Source: Phoronis australis
Lineage: Eukaryota > Animalia > Phoronida
Direction of reading: 5' to 3'
Length of the DNA stretch: 64,000 bases
Assembly: GCA_002633005.1 (NCBI GenBank)
Contig: NMRA01000434.1
Coordinates: 262,001 to 326,000, forward strand
A model generated the notes under the pieces. The model was not told the DNA's origin and made no database searches. It saw only the letters and a list, made by a program, of their open reading frames with translations. Below are positions 24,951 to 36,300 of the stretch, piece by piece. Position numbers and translations under genes: made by a program. Positions within the stretch are counted from its first letter, which is position 1; each line of letters starts with the position of its first letter.

Positions 24951-26567
24951 CAAGTATTTCAATGCCGAGTCTTGGTTTGCTTTGATATTTGTTATCGTTG
25001 TTGGAAAAAGTGATTTTATTCATATTCGGAAGTGAGGTATGTTTAATAACATTTTTTGTTTCTCTGTTGTTTTATGTTAGGGACGAGGCTCATGGGCAGT
25101 ATTTTTGGCGTGTTAAATTGTCTTGCGCTTGTTGTATTGCAGTCTTGAAGTTGCCGATTTTTGTACCTATGAAAGTGTCTGCAGTTGATCAATACCTGAC
25201 ATAAGAATCATTACAAAATGGTCAGGATTTTACCTGCAGAAGTGTTAACAATTTAATGGCAAGATAAGTTGGAGTAGTGTCTGCATGCTTGAGATAACTG
25301 TAAGTTTAATTATTTAGGATATTATTTTTATCTTTTTTATTTTTCAAACTTAGTTGTTCACAGACATCAACATGTCTTGGGGAAGGGCATTAACAGTTGG
25401 GATTTACTTTTAATTTTCTCAGAATATCAGTGAAGAAAATGTCGGGAGAGAAAAATAAATTTGGCTGGTTTTTTGGTCTATTAACAAAGTTTAATGTGCT
25501 TGAGGATGTTGATACTGGATATAAATGTGTATTCCTGTAGTCTTGCTGCCAGTTTATCCTTAAAGAACATGTAACTCAATGGTGCTCATTTTCAGATATT
25601 GTAATGGACATACTGTGCTGACAAAACAATTTTCAATTTATGTTCACACTGTTTGTAAATAACCAACTTTTGTTACAGTTGTTGGAATAATACATACACA
25701 TTTCCACCTTATTTCTGTTGTTCTGTATGAGTCAGAAAGAGGCTGCGCAATACCACGAAGTGCATCATCAGAAAAAAATTGTGTGGAACTGTATGGTGGG
25801 GGTTCTTATGTGACAATTTTCTAGTGACTGAAATGGTGAATTTATTTAGTAAAGGTTTAAGTACCAGTTCCTTTTTCACATGATGAGCCTGTCAAACTGG
25901 ACTAATGTCCTTGCTATGGTAGCGCAGTGTGTCTAAATTGAAGTGAAATTGTTTGAAGGACTAGCTAGCCATTTGATTTTCTGAATGCTTTTCATGGCAA
26001 TTGAAATGAAATCCTTTTAAGGTAAGACAGTTTTGAAAACGGCTTTGTAACAACTTTGTTTTGAATTAAGAGTTTTGGACAGCAAAGCCATGCATTCCAA
26101 TAAACTACATGCCACTGTATATGAAACCTAGCTTCTTTCAAAGCCTAGGTTTCTATTTAAACCACTTGTTAAAGAACATTCTACGCTCAAATTAGGGGCT
26201 GATTTTTGTGCTATGATCTACCAGCCGTTGATGGTCAAGTCTAGACTCAATGAGTCGACTTATGGTCATTACATCTACCGACCCAGGCAGATGATTCATG
26301 AAAGGTTAAAAAATTCCACTCAGTTGATTTCTGTCGTTTATTCGCTTTGACTGATTCTTCAAACTTTAACAGAGTTCTGAAATGTTGCCATTATGCCGAC
26401 AGTCACATTGAATTGTAAGAATTTGTAGCAGCAAGTTCTCAATTTAAATGACAATCAAATATGTGCATATGTAGAATGTAACAAACTACAATACAAAAAT
26501 GTGTAAAACAAGATAAAAGAATTGCTAAGATTATAACTTACTTAATTGCCATGTAGTTACAGGACAC

Positions 26568-26907
26568 TTAAAGTTGTATTTCGCTGTTTAGCTGGCAAAA
26601 AAGCTAAAATCGTTTAATCTCATAAAATTGTCCTCGTGTTCCTAACTATGATAGGATTCTATTTCCGTTACCATCATGACTATTGAAACCATCAACGACT
26701 CGAGGAAATGCTTCACGGTTTCTTGGGGTTGATCAACTTCAACATTTCGAATTTGAAAATGGCGCACGAACGCATTGCCTGTGACTTGGGTTGTTGGCTC
26801 GTTCATAAACAATTCAAGATCAGACGAGAGTGATGTTTTTATATCCTAAATGGCTTTGGTTAAGAATTCAACATTGACAATTAAACAGCAGTGACATGAA
26901 ATTTTAA
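26568..26907. mobile_element. Probable TTAA-flanked MITE downstream of the SLBP stop codon
   Basis: Imperfect TIRs ttaaagttgtatttcgctgtttagctggcaa / ttgacaattaaacagcagtgacatgaaattttaa. Confidence 0.45.
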
Positions 26908-27199
26908 GATACTGCGCACATGTAGAAAAATGTAAAATACAATATTAAACCCTGTACTTGCAGAAATTGTTATAAATGGTATATGGAAAGGACCTTTAGT
27001 TGTTGGAGTTCATTATATGCAAACTAGGAAAATTAATGTTAATGTAAATCGGCAACATAATATAGCTATTTACAAGGAAAAAACACTAATAAAATACTAG
27101 ATTAATGTCCATAGTAAGCACTTAAATATATATGAAGGTAAATCTGAGTTACAAGTTACAGTTAACAGAATTATTTACATGTCTTATAGCAACTGTTAA

Positions 27200-30100
27200 T
27201 TACAAATCAAGTGTGTCATCAGAGGTCAAACAAGCATCTAGATCAAACTCGTCAAAAAACTTGTCTCCTTTGGCTTGATTGGCAAAGATTTTATTAACTT
27301 CACTAAAATGTCTCTCCACACTGTTTCCATTGTTGTCCTTACGGGGATCTTTGATGCGCGATGTTAGCGCAAAATCCATCAAGTCTTCCGACAGTACGTT
27401 GTGCACAGAATCATTGCATACAATGGCTGGCGCTGGTCTCGTGTTCTGGGGCTGGTTATCCGGAGTGGGTGAAGACTGTCGTGATGATATGGCCGATGAT
27501 ACTGGAGAGCCAGAGGCGCTGGATGGAGCAGAACTGTCTGTGCCAGGCCTGCAATGGAGGGAAAATGTCTGAGAACCCTGATATAAAACAATAAGCTGAG
27601 GAATGTGCGGGGAACGATACAAGATTGACAAATATACATTACACAAATTTCTTGAGACTTTAACTTTTGCAACTTGCATTGTAATCAAAGTTCGCTGTAA
27701 CCAAATCAATTTGCATGCTTTACAGTTGGTATTCCATTTGTAGAATAGAACATAAAAAGCAAGCGAATGTCATAAACCAGACGCATTGCAGCAACACAGT
27801 TTGATTATTCTGTAAAAGTAGCGCCGAGGTATTCAAGCCAGGCCTACTATTCTAAAGCTGTTTTAAGACCACCTTCCGTAAAAACAAACGAACTTCAATG
27901 ACTGGTCTCATTGTTTTTTAAGACCATTTGTCTGGTTGCAACTAATGGCATTAGTCATTTATCTATCCCAAAAATCACCTCTAATCTGAGTAAGGAACAA
28001 TTTGAGACCAATTTCATAGCAGTAAATAGAACTGATCAAAACAGATGGGTTTACGGCCAGTCAGTACCTCCTGGGGATTCTCTGTTTCTCGTTGGCTGGA
28101 TCCCAGGCATGTAACTTGATTCTCCACAGACGCACTTGTTGATCCCACGACCTGCGACTGCACTTCTTGAACTTGTTGGGAGTTCGGGGGTGACAGGCTT
28201 GACGCTTGATCCTGAAAAAGTAAAAGAATTTTAATTGTATTGGTTTTCTAAAATATCAAATCGTTTTAGTTTTCATTTCACTTTTTCCTGGTTTTATAGC
28301 CCTTCATGCAAAAGCGGAAGAATTCTAAAAATTCCTAATAGTGTTTAGGAGGAAAATGCACAAAGCTTGGTATGTCCGATCAGCCATTTCCAGGCTTATG
28401 ACGTTCCAAATTTAGCAAATTTGGACCTACATAACCTTAACAAATCTAGATAAGGTCACACTACTATCTGACACCCAGACAATGCTGATATAAAAGAATT
28501 TTCAAAGCAATTAAAATTCTTAGGGCTGTTCCAGCAAAATCTGTGTGGGAGGGGGGGGAAGGCAACTGAAATAAAAATTTATGGGTGGTTGCGTTTGAAT
28601 TAAATTCAAAATGGCTGGTGTTCGTACTTCAAAAAAATAAAAATTTACAGGTCATTGTTGTTTCATTGGGCCATAAATGTTTGATGGTGGGTAATTTTAG
28701 TAAATTTTATAAACAATCCGCACAGAATCAAAAACTGAAACAAAAATGCAACTTGCAAAAAGCTCCGACTTTTTCACTCCCTCCGATCTCCTCATCGGCA
28801 TGTCCATAACACCATTTAACCACAGGTGCTCGAATTTGTCAACGGCTAATAACCATATATGAGAAACATATGTTTTCTTAGTAATGAATGACGTTAGTGG
28901 TGATGGAGGAACAGATAAACTCAAGCGCCTGTGCAGTCAACCACAAGAACAAAAAAAAATTATGGGTGGTTGCATTTCAAACTTATAAAAAATAACGGGT
29001 GGTAGGCTGAAGAAATAAATGAAAAATATGGGTGGTGGGTGCGAAAAAAGGTGCCTTCCCCCCCTCCCATACAGATTTTACTGGAACAGCCCTTATGACT
29101 GTTCCAGTAGAATTGAGACAAAAAAGTATGTTTAATTTGTGACCAGCTGTTTGCAGAGTGGGATGGATCTTAATGACAGCAATGACACTACACTATAAGC
29201 TAGCATTCTTATAACCCTCTACGATAACATTGCAGGAAACCGTTCGCAACTACAACCATTTCCATGAGGAGTGTACTTCCTGACCTACCAAAAAAATGCC
29301 ATATTTTTTGTCTTTTCACAACATCACCATTCTTATGACGTGAAAAACGTTTGTTAGCAGCAAGCCTCAACACTTCCTTCACAAAACTGTACATTTTGTT
29401 GCTCAATTATGAAAATGCCGATAACTGTGAACAAGCCCTAATATAGTCCCCAACAGCAGCAATGCCAAACATTAAATACACATCCAAAGAAAAAGGACGC
29501 TTTGAATCATGCTGACAAATATAATTTAGAAACTATCATATTTTTCATTTTAGCAATTTCAGTCTCAACACTGCTGACATACCGTGGCACTTGTTTGGAG
29601 TAGCTATCGTAGCTCAGAGTATTCTTGCCGTAGTCAATCTGTTTCTGACGACGCATCAACACCCCTTCATCAGTCTCCATGTTGGTGTCCTTGCGCCCAC
29701 CATCTGATGACTCAGACTTCAAGTCAAGCTTCCTCTTGTATCTAATTACATAACAACTGTATCATTGTGGAGCATGAAATTAGGCCAATTATGGTAATTC
29801 TCCACTTATTTTGCACAAAATTAATTACCAAACATTTTTCTATTTTAAAAAGGCTGATCACCTTGCGCCAAATACTGGGAACATTTATCATTTCTGACAT
29901 CTACACAATGGAACGCAACTTATCGGCCATATTGTGCACTAAATAGATGAAGAATTACCCTAAATGAGTAATAGTTGGATGTAACATGTCTGTGTTTTGA
30001 GAACCAGTTTGATGCGCGTTATTCAGTGGAGAAAACTGGTTCTCAAAATTTGAGCAAGTTATATCCGACCATTACCCCATAAATGAATAATCAAACATAA

Positions 30101-32464
30101 CACGCTAAGTGTTGTATCGCATAAATATCCCAATTTTAGTGACAAATAGAAATGGTAGTTTAAAATGGAATAGGCATTTAGCACACGATTCTATATTGAT
30201 GTACTTTAAGTACACTAAAGGTTTCAAAATCCAAAAAGAATGCTCACCACAGTGAGTTGTTTTATGTTCACAAGTCAACATCAATTGATTACTGACACAT
30301 TAACCTTTTATTTAAGCATTCATAAGCACATCTAGTGCAGTAACACAGTATTTATGAACTGAGGAAACATTATAACGGTTGTTGTTTGGAGACCCACTTT
30401 TAAGAACAGAAGTATCAGCGATGCCAGATATACAGCTAACCTGTGTAAATCTTTTTTAGTCTGCTCAAGTCCATTCTCATACTCCTCTACCTGGTCAGCC
30501 CAGCTGGATGAGCGATTGAACAAAGGGCGCACCTCAGGTGTGTACCTGGACACAGTAACACATAGTTTATAACAAGGACACGTTGGCACATTGCAGCTTA
30601 TGAAAACAATACAAAAGGAGAAACAGAAGTCTTTCTTGATCAACAGCGGTTGCTGGGGGGTTGTTGGATTGGCTCAAAAACTCCACATGGCCAAGAAATC
30701 TATGGCAGCAAAATTTGTGTAGTTTCCAAAATCCATGTAGTTGTACAAAGAAAACAAAAATGTCTACGGAAAAAGTGGCGTAGTTTCCTTCGCAATTTGT
30801 TGGACATGGTTCTGAGGTCAAGAACGCAGAACAAAATGCTTTCTACTAAGTAATTTACTTTTGCTCATATCATAAGAAAACAATCATAAACCTTCTCCGT
30901 CAAGTATGTTTTCAAAATGTGATTTTTTTCTGAACATAATTAGTAATAGCAGGTGCCTCCCTCATCGTGTTCATCATTGAAAACTCACCTATTGTTTCCA
31001 AGGTCAGGATATTCTGCATCATCCAGATGTTTGGTGGTGGTGGGTGTGACTGGCTTCCAAGATTGACGTTGCCCTGACAATGACCTGTTAGACCAAAATA
31101 GAAATCATGCAGGGGTTTGACATCCTAAAGGCCACATAAAAAATAAACATGCTTATTGTCACTGCCAACACCTAAAAAATTGCACTGCTGTTTTTTTATA
31201 TTTTAAGAAAATTCTGTTTGCAAGCGTCAGTAAAATATGTTTGCAGAATGAGGAAGTACTTGTACAGAGTATGGAAATTTATCTGTCAGCAGATTGTGCA
31301 GTGGCAGAGTGCACGTCATCTAGGTATATATGAAAAGGTACAAGTCATACCGTCTGTAAGCTGGGAAACATTCTGTAGAACCGAATCTCGCAAAAAATGT
31401 AAGAGCATGCAAGACTTTGTGGGATATTGCCATATGTATAACAAGCAAAGCGAAACGTGTCTAGGAAATTCTACTATGATCTTGGCCATTTAGTTTACAC
31501 CGATGCGGACGCAGGGGGGGGGGGGCTGCGTGATACTCAAGCATTTAATAGCCTTTCAGGGGACATAGGCCTATACGGAAGACTTCACCATGAGGGTCTG
31601 TGACACCACTTCTAGCTTCTAGCAATGTCAATTTCTGGATGAGCTCTGGACAATAAAATGTTTATTTTTTACCTTGTCAGTTGCCACACAAGATGTGCAT
31701 CCAATTACACATACAAAGGTTAAACTGGCACAACACAATATCTGTGTGATAACTTATGCTAGTTGTATTTGAGCAAGTGCAGTTTGCACCCACATCAACT
31801 TACCCCAGTGCAAATGTCTACATGAGCAGGCTGTGCCGGCAGTGTTCAGAAGTGGTGATTAAGTTTAAATACATGGACACTAAAAATAATAACTCCAGTT
31901 GATGGGAACTAGTTTTCACTGAATAACCCTTTATTTTGCAGTTTAACTTCATTGCACGGTATACCTCTTTTCGACCTTTTCACTTGTTTGCTGGTTGTCC
32001 TTGGGAGGCCTTAAAGGACTTCTTAGTGGACCCAGGTCGTTGTCTGCTTCATATTTGTGGTTTGGATATCTACAAAAAATTGCCATTAACTAGGACCAGT
32101 ACTATCATGAAATTTCAGTCATCAAACTGATTACTCTCAGACATTAATTATTCTAATTAATGTGCCTTTGCACTTAATTTTCTTGTGCAGTTTATTCTGT
32201 ATAGTTGTTTTTTGTGCTTTCAAATTCAATAACTATAAAGATGTGCTCACGTTGATAGGCTACTGAACACCACTATATGCACTGGTCAACAGATTAGGCC
32301 TAGGTTACTTACTCATTGCGTTCACTTGAGTAGGGACTGCCGCGGCGCCTAACGTTTCTTCGGTTTCGCGAGAATGAGTTTCTCTGTCGACTGTTCTCAC
32401 TTTCAGATCGCGAAATTTTCTCCATTTCCTGGGCCTTTGAGAGTCGAAGAGGTTTGCTGGACAT
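27200..32464 (-). CDS. SLBP: Histone RNA hairpin (stem-loop) binding protein, ~369 aa
   Basis: Exons 32464-32313, 32069-31965, 31084-30989, 30545-30441, 29741-29583, 28211-28068, 27548-27200 (1110 nt, GT-AG, all phase 2). RNA-binding domain [70 protein letters not shown]; [11 protein letters not shown] and RYKRKL motifs. Confidence 0.96.
28522..29093. mobile_element. MITE (Kolobok-like AGGG...CCCT termini) in SLBP intron 5
   Basis: ~43-bp TIRs agggctgttccagcaaaatctgtgtgggagggggggaaggca / tgccttccccccctcccatacagattttactggaacagccct, with internal atgggtgg repeats. Confidence 0.85.
29995..30048. repeat. Short palindromic interspersed repeat, copy 1
   Basis: Perfect 16-bp arms ttttgagaaccagttt / aaactggttctcaaaa. 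Second copy at 43892-43968. Confidence 0.85.
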
Positions 32465-33333
32465 TCTTGTCGCTTTATATAAAAATAAGATTTTGCAAAA
32501 AAGTTAAACTAAACGTGTTTTAACAGGTTAAGGTTATTTGAGAGAAATGACAAGGAACCGCGGGCATCCAAACAAAACGGATTTCGCGCCAAACTGGAAC
32601 GACCTTGTTACGCATGCGCGAGCACTTAGATTTGTCCCAACAATGACTATCGGCATCAGTTTGCTTGTTTCTGAAATCTAGGATTGAATTTGCTTCATGT
32701 AAGTATTTATTTTCATTTTCTGCGATGGTGCATTTGTCTGTAACACAATATTCAATATAGAAAGGGCGGTACACACTGGTAAAACTGGGTTTCTTACAAA
32801 TACATCACTGCGCATGTGCAGCGTGGGTGCCATCGATTTGTTGTTTTTCAAATGTGGCGGCGGGGCGCTAGGCTGCAGATAATTTCCAGCAAGTATCTCA
32901 GTTTTGTGTAAAGCTACTGTTCGTGGCCTCTGCTTTGCTCGCGGGAAGTACTTTGAAATTCAAACGCTCTACTGGTCATGTTGTCTTGAGTGTTGATGTT
33001 CAGAAAGCGGGAAACTTTGTAATTTCTGACTCGCGCAACACACGTTTCACAAGAATCCGGAAATTTTCTTTGTGAATATCCGTCTCAACTTGCATTCAAC
33101 GAAAGTCATACATTTGTCGGTATTTTGGTCTGATAACAAGCATTGTTTGTACAGTGAGTTACACGTGATGGGCCAATGACAGTGGGTGAAACTTGAAGCT
33201 AATCGAAGAAAATTGTTTACAAAATTGGTAAGACTGAACTCTAAACTGAACTCGGACAATTTGCTGGAGACAACCCGTTGCGGCGGCTAAGCTACTGATG
33301 CAAGTTTTGTAAGCTAATGCAGTTAGTGAAGAC
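32465..33333. promoter_or_regulatory. Bidirectional SLBP/cdc25 promoter and 5' UTRs with E2F, CHR, NRF1-like, GC-box, E-box and CCAAT elements
   Basis: Divergent ATGs 869 bp apart. TTTCGCGCCAAA 32582-32593; CGCATGCGC 32611-32619; TGCGCATGTGCA 32809-32820; GGGCGG 32764-32769; CGCGGGAA-gtac-TTTGAAaTTCAAA 32940-32964; GCGGGAAA 33007-33014; CACGTG 33162-33167; CCAAT 33173-33177. Confidence 0.75.
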
Positions 33334-36300
33334 ATGGAAGGTGTTGATAACGTGGAGCACATGGCGGACACTGTTATAACTTCGGCAAACCAAGCCTCTG
33401 CAACCACAGGACCATTGACGCTACAGATAAAATTTTCCAATTCATCTATAGAAAGGGACACTATTTATTCACCAGTCACAGATTTAGCCCACAATTTCAG
33501 CGAACATCTTACAACAAGGTAAGTGTGTAATATAATGATGGCAAAAATATTCATTCTGCATATTTGTTGTAAAATTGTCTTTGTTAAAATTTGATACTAG
33601 TAGCTTGTTGGGTTTTGTAAGTCTTGAGAAGTTGACAAAGAACCTTCAATAGATTACTGCTTTAAATTTGAGCTAAACCAACTTGACATGGATGTTGTCA
33701 ACTTGTAATCATTCTTTTTTGTGTTATCGTTCTGTTTTAATTTCATTTTTCTTGTTTATTTCAGGAATGGAAGTTTTGATACTCCGAAACGTAAACTGAG
33801 TCTTGGTTCTATTGGTGACACGCCAACTCCTGTGAGACCTTCGTCATTTAGATCACAACTTCATAGACCCCCATCAGTGGACCAAGGTAAGCAATTCAAG
33901 CATATTGTGTGCATATGTGCATTTATTACCTAATGGCACTCTTAAAATTAAAACTGATCTCTCCAAAGAAGAAAGCCATCAAAGTAATATTTGTTTGGCT
34001 CTCATGAACACTTTCAGCTTGCCTCATCAACTAAGCTTAAGACACTTTTTATTGAATATCACAGAAATTTAAATTTGGTTAGTGTCAGGTGCTTGACTTT
34101 GATGTTATTGATTGATTATCCTATTATGTTTGTTTCTTTCATTAAAACGTATTATTTCTCTACTTTTTATGACTTTGTCAAAGATATGTCATTGACAGAA
34201 TACTGTGAAGTCTCACCAATTTTGCACATGTAATATAGCGGACAAGTGAAGTTTTATTTTCTCAGTTTTTCATCAAAAAATATGTTGAAACAAATCTATG
34301 CTTTACCATGTTGAAATGAACTGTATCATAGCTACCGTAAGACAATATTTTAAAAATTGTTTGTATTTGCAATATTGTGGCTAAATGACATTCCATTTTG
34401 AATTATCTGTAGGAGTGGCATGGTTGCTACTGATCAGGACAGATTGCTTGATAACACTATTAATGTTACGCCCACACTTGTTGGGGAGTGGTTGTCTGTT
34501 CAATATTCTATGTTGATTCTTACGGGAGAGCGTTGCTTTTTTATGTTTGTAAATAGAAACGTTTTTTTGTGGATCCAAATTTCATCATTTTGAACACTAT
34601 TTGCTTCACCTTTTTATTTTTTAGCATTGAGCTCTGATAAATTCAGTCTAAAGCGTCACAAGACGTTAGCAAATGGTAGATAAATTATTGAAGTTACTTG
34701 AAAGTAGTTTGTGATCCACATGTTTGTAACAGAGTAACAAAGTATTACAAAAATGTTTTGTTACCGTGAGTCCTGTGTTGATATGTCATCACATATATGA
34801 TAGCACTATGGGCTGCAGTGCATGGACTTGACAACTGCCTCTTTGATGTTTTAGGGTGCTTCGTAGATACACCGTCGCCCAGCCCATCAGAGGACTCCAC
34901 TTCACCATGTGATGAGTCCCCGTACAGGTTAGTTCAGCTTCTCTCTCAACTCACTAAAGCCTGTTAATTCAGTTCAACTATCCTTGGTTATAAATGCAAA
35001 TAAACATTTTTGTGATGTGCTCATTCAAGCGGCACGGTTGCCTTCAGCTAACTCTCTTTTTTCTTATTTTGCATTATGATTGAGCTTTGCAATAATTGTT
35101 TCTTTCAGTGTTTTTGCCGTGTGTGTATAACAAGGCTTGGAATTTTCCTTTTTTAAGAAGATCTCTTTTTGGCATTGACCTCCTCTTATTTGATTTCCAA
35201 TTTCCTCTTTCATCTTGTTTATCATTATTTTGACTTTATTCATGCAAAAACGTTTATTTCATTTAAATTTTACAACACAAAAAGTATTTCTATCACACAA
35301 GCCTATTTATTTGTGGAGAGATTTATTTGTGGAGAGACATAACCTGGAAAATTGTCCTCTTTTTGTCATTGGTCATTCCAAGCCTGGGTATAACTCTGAG
35401 TGTTTTTAACTAATTCTTTTCTTGTTCGTCTTGTTTTCATATTCTTTATCAAATGGCAACGTATAATCAAGTGCTCATCACATGTTTTTAGGGTAACTGC
35501 ATAGTACAAATCAGGCTACGTATGGAGTGAAATTTCACTTGTGGAAAATCAATTAATATTTGAGACAAAAATAATTGCCAACTTTACCCTTTCTTTGTCT
35601 TTGTTTTTCAAGGTCTTTTAACACTGTTGCTAACTTTTGCTATGACAGTATTTATAATATATTTCTTTCTCAAAACAGCACCAAAAATATGCTAAAATAC
35701 TTTACAAATATGCCCAATATCTTAACTCTACACATTTGGAATTTTTTAGCAAAGTGAATTTGTGGATATCGAGTTCATATTCCATTTATTAAGAAAAGGA
35801 CTAACCTTGGTATCTGAGTTTTTGTTATGCAACTATAAATCAAATGCTTAGCTTGTAAAAAATACTATTCAAAACTTGTGGTATTTTTTGTGGTGAAAAT
35901 TTTGACAAAGTAAGGTATCATTTGTCTACCACATTTTGTGTTCAATAATCAAGAAGTTGCTGTAATTATGAGAAGTTCCTTTGGTACTGATTTCTGTAAA
36001 ACTAATTTTATTACGATCTTTTAACATCAGAGAACAGCTGCTTGGTCAGGTATGCGGGGTAAACTTCACATGCACCTTGTTCAGTGCAAACAAAAGGCAC
36101 ACGCCTATGTATTATAGACTGTGGTTATGTAAATATGTCACCATTAATGCACAGCTTTGGAGTGCTATTGTGTGAGTATATGTTTATGAAGGTCAGGGAA
36201 ATTCAAACTTGTTTTACCAGCTGCTCAGTGCTAAGAGGGGAACATGTAATGAAAACAGGAGACGTTAGGACCCCCATTGCAGCTCAAAGCATTCATGAAT

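Noticed and set aside
27279-27672. Several overlapping ORFs around the last SLBP exon
   Set aside because: They are shadow or alternative frames of a GC-richer coding exon, with no recognisable motifs.
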